A stretch of DNA of 20,000 bases, taken from positions 606,243 through 626,242 of the forward strand of contig JAPEUD010000005.1 of assembly GCA_026026165.1 (NCBI GenBank), read 5' to 3'. The notes beneath the pieces are model-generated. The model saw nothing but the letters and a program-made list of their open reading frames with translations, had not been told where the DNA came from and made no database searches. Shown piece by piece: positions 1 through 10,839 of the stretch (positions within the stretch are counted from its first letter, which is position 1; each line of letters opens with the position of its first letter). This DNA comes from Sarea resinae (Eukaryota). The position numbers were made by a program, and so were the translations under genes.

Positions 1-1306
1 CATCCCCCTTCGTGCAAGGTCGTGCTCGCTGGCACGGTCGCAAAGACACTGTTGGCCGAAGTCCATCAAGGGCTATCAAAATTGGACAAGGCCCCGTTGC
101 TGGTAGGCTTTCTGGCGAACAAAGATCCGGCCGCCCGAATGTACGCAGATTGGACTATGAAGACGTGTACAGAAAAGTAAGAATTCTTGCTGATGCTTAC
201 TCAAAGCACTGTTCCAAACGCGTAATTTCTTTGCCGCCTTTGTTGTCAACAAACTGGTTTCTTATGCCATTGACCTGCTTTTACTTCCGGGGTTACTATT
301 ATTTGTCTGCTGACCCCCGCATCGTGGTTTCGTCTTGTCGATTACCTTTGATTTTGATGCAAACGTTTATATCTAATTCTCGATCTTCAGCGGCTTCCGT
401 TTTGAGCTCCGAGAAGTCGACCGGGAAGAACTAGAAGAACACCTCTTAACGGCCAACGCCGACACTGCCGTTGACGGCATCATAGTCTACTACCCTATCT
501 TTGGTAACAGGCAGGACCAATATCTCCAGCAGATCGTCGATGTCAGCAAGGACGTCGAGGGTCTCAGCCACCGCTATATCTTCAATATGTACCAGAACAT
601 TCGCTTCCTGGACGAGCAGAAGCTGCAGAAGAGCATTTTGCCCTGCACGCCTCTGGCCGTCATCAAAATTCTTGAACACTTGCAGATCTATAATTCGATC
701 TTGCCTTATGGAAATCGACTTTTTGGTCATACCATTACTGTCGTCAATCGTTCGGAGGTTGTGGGACGGCCACTTGCGGCCTTGCTGGCCAATGATGGAG
801 CTTGTGTTTATTCTGTTGATGTGACAGGAGTGCAGCAATTTACAAGAGGGGAAGGCATCAAGAAGAGAAGGCATGAAGTTATCGAGAAAGACGGATGGGG
901 CCTGGAGAACTGTGCTCCGTTAAGCGATGTAGTCATTAGCGGAGTACCGGGGGATAGCTACAAGTTCCCGATCAATCTGTTAAGGGATGGCGCTGTCTGT
1001 ATCAATTTCTCAAGTGAAAAGGTAATATTCGCATGCATGTGTTCTGTTCGGATCGACTAACAGTTGGTAGAACTTTAGCCCTGAGGTGAAGGAGAAGGCA
1101 TCGATCTATGTTCCGGCTATCGGCAAAGTCACTATTGTCGTCTTACTCAGGAATTTGCTGGTGAGTACTCCGATAAACAATCCGTCTCAATCTACTTGCT
1201 GATGCCTGGACAGAGGAATGTACAAAATCGTAAAGGGGCTGCTATTCAACCGGCGTCTGCTGTAGAGCGGCCGGGATCTCTCGAAGAGGCGGCTCCCGCA
1301 ACTTGA
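1..1306 (+). CDS. MTD1: NAD-dependent methylenetetrahydrofolate dehydrogenase, 5' end outside window; exons <1-176, 391-1021, 1071-1160, 1214-1306
   Basis: Spliced translation contains PLLVGFLANKDPAARMYADWT, DGIIVYYPIFGNRQDQYLQQ, KDVEGL, KSILPCTPLAVIKIL, NRSEVVGRPLAALLANDGA and EKASIYVPAIGKVTI, matching the yeast Mtd1 sequence as I recall it. Introns 177-390 (GTAAGA..CAG), 1022-1070 (GTAATA..CTAAC..TAG) and 1161-1213 (GTGAGT..CAG) keep the frame. Stop TGA at 1304-1306. Confidence 0.95.
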
Positions 1307-1445
1307 AGCTAATAGCTTTCCCCAGAGTCCCATGAAATAAGGGTCGCTTGGAGTGATCACGAGTTTTGATAGCTATGATATCAGAAACACCAAGTCCGCC
1401 ATTACCGAGACCTAACGCCAGAAAAATGTTTCCGAAATTCAGCTC

Positions 1446-2535
1446 TTAGTGCTTCGTTCGTTTTGGAGTTTCCTCCGCCTCCACCTCCTCCTCCTCCTCA
1501 ACTAGCGTTGCATCGTCACCCTCGTCGGCTGCTACACCTCTTCCTCTCTTCAAACCCTTCATTTTCCGGGTCTGCAGATCACCCAAGTCCTGCCTTCCGA
1601 GATGTATCCTACCCATCTTGTCACCGACGATGTCCGTCTCGACGTTCTTCTTCTGTTTAGGCTAGATAGACATGTATTTAGTACACGTATTCATCTTTGC
1701 ATGGACTCAGGAACACTCACCTCTAATTGCTTAGGCCTCTTCAAAGCCTCCTTCATCATTGCCTCGTCGGCCTCTTTGATCCTTCCGACCCTAAAATCCA
1801 TCCTTGGGCCCATCTCCTCCACTTCGACCCTTGGCAATTTTTGCCCACTCTTCTTCGTCTTAATCAGGTAAACCCTCAGATGTATTCGCGGCGCCGGCTC
1901 GCCTTCTACCTCTTCGCCAGCGGAGATGGAGACCATATATTGCAAACCTTCAACGTCCACGGTTTGCGTTTCTTGACCCCGGAAGAAATCAGTGAACAAG
2001 CTTTTTGCGAGTGTATAGGCATTTGGCGTTGGTGAATCAAAAGGCGTGCCGGAAAAAACCATCAGCGGTTTGAGCCCAACAGCGCATTTGGTATTCTTGA
2101 ATTGGCCCAAGGTCTTGAAAGTGTCGGGATCCAGATACAGCTCCAACATGTCCAGTACTTTGTGGTCGAATGTTCTGATCAGGGTCATACAGTGCGGCCG
2201 TTTTTTGCTGTGAGAGCCGAATACCATCAAACTGGCGTCGTTCTTCTCGCTGAAGAATTCCAATGAGGACGCATCCTCGAAGGGATGGATGGCATTTTTC
2301 TTGGTGAACTTTTTCGCAAGAGGACGCTTGAGCGAATGGAGATCCGTCATTGCCAGCTGAATGTTCTCACTGCAGGTTGTGCCACGGAGAAAGAGTGTTA
2401 TTTTGGGGTTTTCATTGAGTTGGGGAGCTTTCTTCTCCAGCGCGCGTTTCGAGCGCGCATTGCGCGGTTTACTGTAGGTCTCTATGAGTAGATAGCTACG
2501 ATTCATTTTATAGGGACTTACATTTGCCGCAACAT
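1446..2535 (-). CDS. RPF2: Brix-domain 60S ribosome biogenesis protein Rpf2, 326 aa; exons 2535-2522, 2471-1721, 1661-1446
   Basis: Spliced N-terminus MLRQIKPRNARSKRALEKKAP. Motifs KKNAIHPFED, EKNDASL, HSKKRP, LPRVEVEEMGPRMDF and KKNVETDIVGDKMGRIHLGRQDLGDLQTRKMKGLKR are typical of Rpf2. Introns 2521-2472 (GTAAGT..CAG) and 1720-1662 (GTGAGT..TAG). Confidence 0.95.
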
Positions 2536-3103
2536 GTTGAAGTGAATCTTGATGAGTTCGTGCGATCAAAGTGGCCAAGATGGCTTTCGGTCGTTGCTTG
2601 TGGAGGAAACTTTTCGAAGAGAATGAGCTTGATTTCTTTAGCGATATGATTAGATGGGCTCAATGTTGATCTGATCACAGATTAGATAAGATGCATTGAG
2701 TCCTCAATGTCGCCATCTCGCCAAAGAAGATTCCGAAGCCGGCGGCGACGTACAAAGTTACTATGATATGTATTCGTAAGTGGAACCGGAAAAGAAAAGA
2801 AACAAAAGGATAAGGAGAAGATCTCCAGTATCTAAACACCATAACCAGAGTCTAAAAACATCGAACATCTCCGAGGGAGCCACAGAATCCTCTTTATTAT
2901 AACCCTCCCCAACACCAGATCAGTCAGACTCGGGCGCGAAAGTTGACCTCATCAGGCTCGCGATACGGTATTTTATTCGCCATCCAAACACCCCGCCATT
3001 GCCCCGCTGTTGGACGACAAGCGCGAATTCCTACCTACACTTTCATCTGTCTTTCCCTTTTCTGATACTTGACAATACGAAAAGGCATTGAAAATCATTC
3101 ATC

Positions 3104-4049
3104 ATGTCTACCGTCACGGAGATCACTACGGATGCCGAGTTTTCCCAGCACACTTCCTCTCTCGCACCGTCGACCCTACTGGTCTTAAACTTCCATACCC
3201 CGTGGGCGGCGCCATGCGCACAGATGTCTACCGTGCTCTCGACTCTGGCCTCGTCTTATCCGCCCGCCAATCCTCCCACTGTGTCATTCGTTTCTATCAA
3301 CGCCGAAGATCTACCCGACATCTCCGAAGCATACGATGTTACCGCCGTCCCTTACCTCGTCCTCATTCGAGGCGGCCAGATCCTCGAGACTGTGTCAGGT
3401 AGCGATGCCACAAAAGTCCGTGATGCTGTTGAGCGACATGCTGGCAAGTCCAGCGGGAGTTCTAGCAACTTCACCATTCCGCCCGCGCAGAAGGTCACTC
3501 CGCCGCCCGCGGCCAATGGTGCCTCGAAAAACCTCAGCGGCTATGCACCAACCGCCTCAGACCCCGCTACAGCCCCAGAGATGACGGACCCAAGCACCAC
3601 GTCAAAGGAGGAACTGTTCGCACGGCTGACGGAGCTCGTCAAAGCCGCTCCTGTGATGCTGTTTATGAAGGGTTCGCCAAGTGCGCCACAGTGCGGATTC
3701 TCGCGACAGCTGGTGGCTCTTCTGCGCGAGAAGGGTGTGCGATATGGGTTCTTCAACATTCTTGCGGATGATGATGTCAGACAGGGCTTGAAAGAATTTG
3801 CAGACTGGCCAACGTTCCCACAGTTGTGGGTTGGCGGTGAGTTGGTCGGTGGCTTGGACATAGTAAGCTCATCTTCCTTCTGGCTGCTAGCAGCTCTACA
3901 TGATGATAATGAGTGCTAATAAATTGCTCTGGAAGGTCAAGGAGGAGTTCTCTGCCGATCCCGACTTTCTGAATGACTACGCTGTCAAAGCTAATGGGGG
4001 CCCTGCGGGGCCAGAGGCTCAAGCAAAGCCTGCGACTGCGAGCGCTTGA
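3104..4049 (+). CDS. GRX4: Multidomain monothiol glutaredoxin (Trx-Grx; Grx3/Grx4/GrxD type), 290 aa; exons 3104-3862, 3936-4049
   Basis: N-terminal thioredoxin-like domain with WAAPC, a Pro/Ser-rich linker, then a Grx domain with LFMKG, PQCGFS, VRQGLKEFADWPTFPQL and GGLDI. Intron 3863-3935 (GTAAGC..GCTAAT..AAG) restores GGLDIVKEE. Confidence 0.95.
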
Positions 4050-5682
4050 AAATGCTTAACGAGAAGCCGGAGCCGGGAAGCCCGACGAAGATCCTCAAAG
4101 ATAGCGAGAACGAGTCTGAAATTTGGCGTTTGGCTTTGGAAGGTAGAAAAGAAGAGCACGACGCGACGCCCCTCTGAGGTACGAAGAACATGCGCGGGGG
4201 AATAAACCTCCCGATGACAGACTTGGATGGCGTAACAAAGCGAGCTACTCGGCACTGAATTATCGGACATTGAAATTGACGTACGAGCACGCACAAACTT
4301 GTATTGCTTCATCCGTACTTGCATCTCCATTTACTGTATCTGTCATATCTATTCGACAACGAGCAGACAATTGTGAGCCTGGCAAAGCGCAAAGTCCAAG
4401 TGCATTCTATAGACAATCAGAGGTCGTCACTTGAACTGTAGAGATGACCAGGCTCTGCTATATCGTAGCCGTGATCTTGCATTGATCGTCTCTGTGCCCG
4501 TTCTTGTCATGTGCAGGGCAAACCAAGTGACGAACTCAGCCTCTCTACCGTTTACCAGGTATCGTCGAGGGCATGACTCTCTGACGACCTCAGTCCATCC
4601 GCGGTGCATTGGATTTGACACACGCTGAACCGACCCTGTGGGAGAGTCAAGCGTCAAGAGGAAAGAAGTGGCATTGGTAAGAGGTTGAATGGTCCGGCAC
4701 CTCAGTTGTGGAGCTGCTGGTCCGCTCTGCAGCTGTCGTCGAGAGCACCCGTGCACCTCAGCTGTTGCGGTGCTACGTCATTAGACACGCCAGACCGCCG
4801 CGGCCACAACGGGGCTGCAGTGTCGCTGTCGTACTCTCGTAGTCGTGGTACTCGGCCGCAGAAGCCTCAGTCGCCCAGCGGAGATGGCCTTCACCTCATC
4901 GTGAACAATCGCACGTCTGCGAAGCACCGAGAAATCGAGGGAAAACACGTTTTCTTCGTCTTCTGATCTATTACCCTATTGCTGCTCGAATGCAGAATTC
5001 AGAATTGGGCGCATAGCATCTAGACGGAACCTCCTCTGAGCCAAGGTGCTTTCCAGGGCTGTACCTATCTGGGCTGCATCGAGGTACATCGTTAAACGTG
5101 TAGCTTTGGGTACAGCGGCAGGTACCGTATCCGAGTACCACTTCGTACCTCTCTTTCAGTCGGTCAGTCATCTCTCGATCGCCGCACAACTCTTGTCTGT
5201 CTCGTCTGTCTGTCTGTCAATCTCGCCCCGGACCAACGAACACCACCCCTACCTACCTACTACCTACCTACCCACCACTATCAACTTGTAAAGTGACAGA
5301 CACTCCACCACCTTCGATCGTCGCCATCTTCGACTCGCAATTCACAGCCGTCATCCCACATCCAGCAAGACTTCTTTTCTGTGTATCCCTCTCGCCATCC
5401 GCTACCGTACAGTTGGACCTATTCGATCATCCAAGGCGGACGCGCTTGGAGTAGGGCTTGTTTAGACCAGGACAGCATACCTATCTACCTATCGACTCCC
5501 AAATCATCGTCGATATCTCACTCGAAGTTTCACCTAGGTATCGTCCGACCACTCCAGGAGCAGCTGGACGGATATCATCGCCGGTGACTAAGATTGGAGA
5601 CGAGGTGCATTGACGGATCACAATTCGGCAGTCTATCAGCACTCATCTCGGCGGGTCGTTCTGTTGAGGCGGGCTTGGAAAG

Positions 5683-7559
5683 ATGGTAGACGGAGACACG
5701 AATTCTCCGACATGGAAGTTCACCCAGTAAGTGAACTTTTGGCTCCTCTATCAACAAAGGCGGGAAAATTGGGCGGCACGTGTCAGCCTCAGCCATGACG
5801 TGCTGGCATACAGAACTCACGACGCTCGACGTTGGCACTTACTGATTCGGTATGCTAGATGTTTTGGAGATAAAGGGGATGTAGAGGACATTACGGAAGG
5901 TCAGTGGCCCAGAAGACAGCTATTGCGATTTCTATCTTTAACAACCATCTATCAATGGCAAAGCTGACAAGATGATTAGCGGATATCATATCAACGGTAG
6001 AATTCGACCACACTGGTAACTATCTAGCAACGGGTGACAAAGGTGGAAGAGTGGTGCTATTTGAGCGGAACGAGACGGTGAGCCGTTCACCTATATTGAC
6101 CGTCGCTGCTCGGGAGCTAGGGTCAGCCTACGGATATGCAGGGCAGAAAGGCTGATTTTGCTTCAGAAAAAAACTTGCGAGTACAAGTTTCACACGGAAT
6201 TTCAGTCCCACGAGCCGGAATTCGATTACCTAAAGTCTCTCGAGATCGAGGAGAAGATCAACAAGATAAAATGGTGTAGGAGACAGAATGCGTCTCACTA
6301 CCTACTATCTACAAACGACAAGACCATCAAATTGTGGAAGGTGTTTGAGAAATCTCTGAAGGTGGTGGCAGAGAACAATCTGTCGCACGATCTTACCCCA
6401 GGCGGCGCCGTTGGCGGGGGTGGCCCTCCGAGGATAAACCCCAATGCTCATTTCCATGATGCGTCTGCCCTCAAACTTCCGCGTCTCACACACCACGATA
6501 CCGTTGTCGCTGCCGTACCTCGACGCACATATGCTAACGCTCATGCCTACCACATCAATAGCATCTCCGTGAACAGCGATGGGGAGACATTCATCAGTAG
6601 TGACGATCTACGGATCAATCTCTGGAACCTGAACATTCAAGACCAGAGCTTCAACATCGTCGACATCAAGCCAGCGAACATGGAGGAACTAACTGAGGTC
6701 ATAACGGCCGCCGAATTCCATCCGCAAAGCTGCAACCTCTTCATGTACGCAAGCTCGAAGGGGACCATCAAGCTCGCGGATATGCGAGAAAGTGCTCTAT
6801 GTGACCAGCATGCAAAGCGTATGTGGAGACACGACATGAATTACTGGCGGACGACTGACATTTGAGACATAGAATTCGAGCAAGAAGAAGACCCATCTTC
6901 GCGTTCATTTTTCTCGGAGATTATCTCATCCATTTCCGATGTTCGATTTTCGTACGATGGCCGCTACATTCTCTCCCGCGATTACCTTACCGTCAAGATC
7001 TGGGATGTAAATATGGACCGACAGCCCGTCAAGACGATCCCCATCCACGAGCACCTCCGGCCACGCCTTTGCGATACCTACGAAAACGACAGCATCTTCG
7101 ACAAGTTCGAAGTTGTCTTCTCGGGCGATGCAAAGAATGTCATGACCGGTAGTTACAACAATAATTTTATGATCTATCCCTCGGACCCGGAGAAGGAGAT
7201 GGAGGTTGTTCTGCAAGCGGACAAGTCCGCCTTCAAGGCCAAGAAGGTCGGCGTTCCTACGCCCATCAATCAGTCGACGAGTCCTAATGCTGCTGGGAAC
7301 AAGAAGGGAGGCTCTCGAGCCAATAGCCCTGCTGGTACGGGAGGTCAAGGTGGTAGGATGAGGAAGGAGACGGATGCGGATCAAATTGATTTCAACAAGA
7401 AAATATTGCATATGAGCTGGCATCCTTTCGAGGACAGCATAGCCATTGCCGCTACTAACAATGTGGGTTTCTTCTCTTTGCCGAAGCTGTCGTCCTTTGT
7501 CCGACCATTCGCTAATCTTATTTCTCACGATACAGCTCTTCGTCTTTTCAGCATTGTAG
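5683..7559 (+). CDS. CDC55: Protein phosphatase 2A B55 regulatory subunit (WD40), 482 aa; exons 5683-5726, 5859-5899, 5980-6077, 6167-6818, 6873-7462, 7536-7559
   Basis: Spliced product has [120 protein letters not shown] and AIAATNNLFVFSAL. All five introns are GT..AG with CTRAY-like branch sites. Confidence 0.97.
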
Positions 7560-7950
7560 ACAGATGAAGCACAGACTCGTAAAAAATGGGCCATCTTCCC
7601 GACGGTTTCTTCTATCGAATGCAAATTCAATCATCTTGGGTGGCGTTCCTCGTGTCCTTTGATCTGTTATGTGGTCTCTCTTCCCCCTCTTTCTTCACGA
7701 GTTGCATTTTCCTTTGTGAAGAGGCGAGAGGGTAGTAGGAAATGAAGTGATTAGAAATCTGAAGGCGGTACGGTACAGAAGCAGGGATAGAGAAGAACGG
7801 AGCGGGGAGGAAAGGATGAGTGAGTTGGTGAGTCGAGGAGTAGGACTGAATGTATTGAAGACGGAGAAGGGGGATCTGTGGTGAGCGAGCGAGCAAGCAA
7901 GCAAGCGCAGACGACAAGGAATCATACAGTCAATTCGATCCGAGGTATTG

Positions 7951-8049
7951 TGGATGGATGGATGGATGGATGGATTGATGGATGGGTTGATGGATGGATG
8001 GATGAATGGATGAATCAATGAATGTGTGGATGGGTGGGTGGGTGGATGA
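7951..8049. repeat. Imperfect (GGAT)n/(GGGT)n tetranucleotide microsatellite
   Basis: tggatggatggatggatggatggattgatggatgggttgatggatggatg... read directly. Confidence 0.9.
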
Positions 8050-8149
8050 TGACGACCACTATTTAGAGAGACAACCTGAAGACGAGGCAAGACAAGGCAA
8101 GGCAAAGTAGGCAAATCAAACACAGCGATCGATTCTGAGACCAGAACAG

Positions 8150-8172
8150 CCCAGACCAGACCAGACCAGACC
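8150..8172. repeat. (CCAGA)n pentanucleotide microsatellite; the same unit recurs at about 18844-18870
   Basis: ccagaccagaccagaccagacc read directly. Confidence 0.85.
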
Positions 8173-8537
8173 GGGGCCGACTTATTATACCTTATCTTAC
8201 CTTACCTCACCGTCCCTTCCCTTACCTAGGTTACCCAGCGAGGAAAGAGATGAAAGAGATGATGTTTCAGAATGAAAAGAATGAAATCAAGGGATGAATG
8301 ACAAGGCACGAGGATCTTTACAATCTTGTTTATAGGTGGTGGGGAGCGGGAGGAGATGAAGGAGGATAAGGGAGACAGCGAGGGACGAAAGGAATGAGTT
8401 GATCATTAGATAGAAATAGGCGTCCTTTGCTTTTCTTATTGAAACCATCCCTCTGCCTTCTCTTTGATCTCGTCTTTTTACTCATCCTGCTTGACTGCTT
8501 GCTTGCTTGCCTACCTGCTTGTCCCTTGAGAATAGAC

Positions 8538-8612
8538 GGCTGGCTGGCTGGATGGTTGGATTGGATGGATAGATGGATAGATGGATAGATGGATACTTGG
8601 ATAGATAGATAA
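8538..8612. repeat. Compound (GGCT)n/(GGAT)n/(GATA)n microsatellite
   Basis: ggctggctggctggatggttggattggatggatagatggatagatggatagatggatac... read directly. Confidence 0.85.
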
Positions 8613-8756
8613 ATGGGTATATGCGTGCGCACAGCAACAATTCCGAATTCTAGAATGCGTTAAAACCTCTCTCTCTTGTGCATGATTGTATAGCACACTT
8701 TTCTAGATACTATTTCTTGCATCTAGGAGTCTTTAGCTATTCAGCTATGGTGACCT

Positions 8757-8846
8757 ATCCTCATCCTCATCCTCATCCTCATCCTCATCCTCATCCTCAT
8801 CCTCATCCTCATCCTCATCCTCATCCTCATCCTCATCCTCATCCTC
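8757..8846. repeat. Perfect (ATCCTC)15 hexanucleotide microsatellite
   Basis: 90 nt of uninterrupted ATCCTC units. It accounts for the (HP)n run in ORF-track entry 8678..8944. Confidence 0.95.
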
Positions 8847-8994
8847 GTCCCTGTCCTGCCCTGTCCTGTCCTGTCCCTGTCGTAGCAGGGTCTGGGTCAG
8901 GGTCTGGGTGTGATGGAATAATAAATCACACGTCTAGGGTCTAGAGTCTATAGTAACTAACGCCGATGTTTTCCCGTTTGATCAAGGGGAGCTG

Positions 8995-9090
8995 GTCGTG
9001 TGAGGTCGTGTTATGTGAGGTTGTGTTATGTCACGTCGTGTCGTATCAGGTTGTGTCAGGTCGTGTGAGGTTATGCCATGTTATGTTATG
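8995..9090. repeat. Degenerate tandem repeat of about 5/15-nt period (GTGAGGTYGTGTTAT-like) just downstream of the SUA5 stop
   Basis: gtgaggtcgtgttat gtgaggttgtgttat gtcacgtcgtgtcgt atcaggttgtgtcaggtcgtgtgaggttatg. Confidence 0.7.
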
Positions 9091-9168
9091 GTATACGATA
9101 CCATGGCCGTTGTCCTTGTTGCTGTTGTTGATATATGGATCGATTGATCGATTGCTTGAAAAAAAGCA

Positions 9169-10839
9169 TCAGCCAAGCCGGACGACCTCGCCCGCGGCTT
9201 TCCGGAGCCGATTCATGACTGCGGCGGCTATATCGCCTCCGCCTCCGCGTGAGCTATCCTTTGCACTGTCACTACCCCTACCACTGCCACTGCCACTGCC
9301 ACTGCCACTCTCGTGGCCACCATCACCATCATCAGCAGCAGTAGCCTCATCGTCGTCGGAGATCCCCTCGACCAAGATGACGTCCACGCGCAACTCGTCC
9401 AGGGCGCGCAGAGCGGAGAACAAACCCCGCGCGATCTCGGCCGTCGAGGCGCCGAGGGCGATACTGCGGATTTGTAGCATTTTTTCTCCGTCTTGGTCTT
9501 GGTCTTGACCTAGGCCTTTGGGGGATGATGAACAGAGTGCGAGATGCTGGGTTATGACATTGTGAGGTAAGAGGGCGGGGGTGGTTTCCGAGAGGAGGGG
9601 CAAGGAGGACGAGGTCGGCGAAGAGGAAGAGGTGGTAGAGGCGGGCGGAAGAGACGGGTATTTCGTCATCTCTGCGCCCGGCTGGAAGGGCGGCGTCCAG
9701 AACTTGGTTGTTATGATGCCGATGTGCGTTTTATCGCCAATGTAACGCCGGATGAAAGCTGGTGATAGTGGATATGGTCCTGGCCTCTGCTTGTTACCGT
9801 TGCTGACACCGGCACCAGCACTATCACCAGCAGAACAGCCCTCGAATAATATCACTGCTGCCCGCGGCGAGTAATGCTTGTATTTCATGCCTGGCGCCCG
9901 TGGCGCTTTATCCCCGATCTGCGGCGCGTCTTTGTAACCGATGACGACTTTTTCCCAGCCGGGACAGGAGCGCAACTGGTCTATGCTTATGCCGCCTGGT
10001 CTGAGCACGCAAGGCGGATTGCTCAGGCCATCTACGACCGTGCTCTCAACTCCCACGCTGCATGGTCCCCCGTCGAGGATGATCTCAATGCGCCCGTTCA
10101 GGTCGTGCAGGACGTGCTGGGCGGTCGTGGGCGAGGGTTTTGTGGAGGCGTTTGCAGAGGGGGCGGCGAGCGGTTTCGAGGCTGCGTGGATGAGGGCGAG
10201 CGCGAGAAGGGAGGATGGCAGGCGTGCGCCGAAGGTCTGGAGAGTAGAGGTGACTTCGGGTGCTAGAGGAGACGGAGAAGGGAGCGGGAGAAGGATCGTT
10301 AGTGGTCCGGGCCAGAAACGCCGGATTAATGGATGGTAGATTGTGGGGATGGGGTCGTTATTATCATTATCGCCGTTCTGGCTAGCTCCCTTGTTGTTGA
10401 ATTGTGCGTGTGGTGCTGGCGAAGGATGGATGAGGCTTCGGAGCTGCGCGAGTGAGCAGACGTGGACGATGAGAGGATTATCCGACGGTCGCTGCTTGGC
10501 TCTATAGATTCCCTGCACGGCTGAGCTTCTCGTGGCATCCGCGCCGAGACCGTAAACGGTTTCCGTGGGGAATGCGACGGGGATATCTGTTGTGCGAAGG
10601 TGTGCTGCCGCTTCTCTGAGGCGCGCCGCGTCGGGACTGTTCTCATCCAGTTCTAAAACCCAGTCGTCTCGCGGGTCAAGATGCCAGGGGTCTCTGAGAG
10701 TTTCTTCAGAGCCACGCCATGAGATACGTCCAATCTTTGATGGGTCGACAGTAAGAATGCGCGTCTCGCGCGTACTGGGGGGATTCGGTGCCGCGACGGG
10801 ATCAGACATGTTGCGCGCCATGGTGGAGAGCAAGCGCAT
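9169..10839 (-). CDS. SUA5: Threonylcarbamoyl-AMP synthase (Sua5/YrdC, t6A biosynthesis), apparently intronless; first AUG at 10839, strong-context AUG at 10821 (550 aa), candidate ACG start at 10911
   Basis: Signature motifs PVAFPTETVYGLGADA, IYRAKQRPSDNPLIVHV, FWPGPLTILL, PLAAPSANASTKPSPTTAQHV, ILDGGPCSVGVESTVVD, LRPGG, APGMKYKHYSP, ARGLFSALRALD and AVMNRLRKAA. Confidence 0.96.
   Translation of the reverse strand: MRLLSTMARNMSDPVAAPNPPSTRETRILTVDPSKIGRISWRGSEETLRDPWHLDPRDDWVLELDENSPDAARLREAAAHLRTTDIPVAFPTETVYGLGADATRSSAVQGIYRAKQRPSDNPLIVHVCSLAQLRSLIHPSPAPHAQFNNKGASQNGDNDNNDPIPTIYHPLIRRFWPGPLTILLPLPSPSPLAPEVTSTLQTFGARLPSSLLALALIHAASKPLAAPSANASTKPSPTTAQHVLHDLNGRIEIILDGGPCSVGVESTVVDGLSNPPCVLRPGGISIDQLRSCPGWEKVVIGYKDAPQIGDKAPRAPGMKYKHYSPRAAVILFEGCSAGDSAGAGVSNGNKQRPGPYPLSPAFIRRYIGDKTHIGIITTKFWTPPFQPGAEMTKYPSLPPASTTSSSSPTSSSLPLLSETTPALLPHNVITQHLALCSSSPKGLGQDQDQDGEKMLQIRSIALGASTAEIARGLFSALRALDELRVDVILVEGISDDDEATAADDGDGGHESGSGSGSGSGRGSDSAKDSSRGGGGDIAAAVMNRLRKAAGEVVRLG

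Noticed and set aside
2536..2578. Longer unspliced RPF2 N-terminus from the ORF track
   Set aside because: It starts at a TTG and reads through a canonical intron; splicing gives the expected MLRQIKPRNARSKR start.
3899..3972. ATGATGA (box C-like) in the GRX4 intron with a downstream CTGA
   Set aside because: The CTGA lies in coding exon 2 and the intron is too short to host a C/D snoRNA.
6926..7630. 234-aa minus-strand ORF
   Set aside because: It is the antisense shadow of CDC55 exon 5 and has no recognisable motifs.
8678..8944. ORF with a long (HP)n repeat that looks like a metal-binding peptide
   Set aside because: The run is simply the perfect (ATCCTC)15 microsatellite with no synonymous variation, and the flanks are also repeat-derived.
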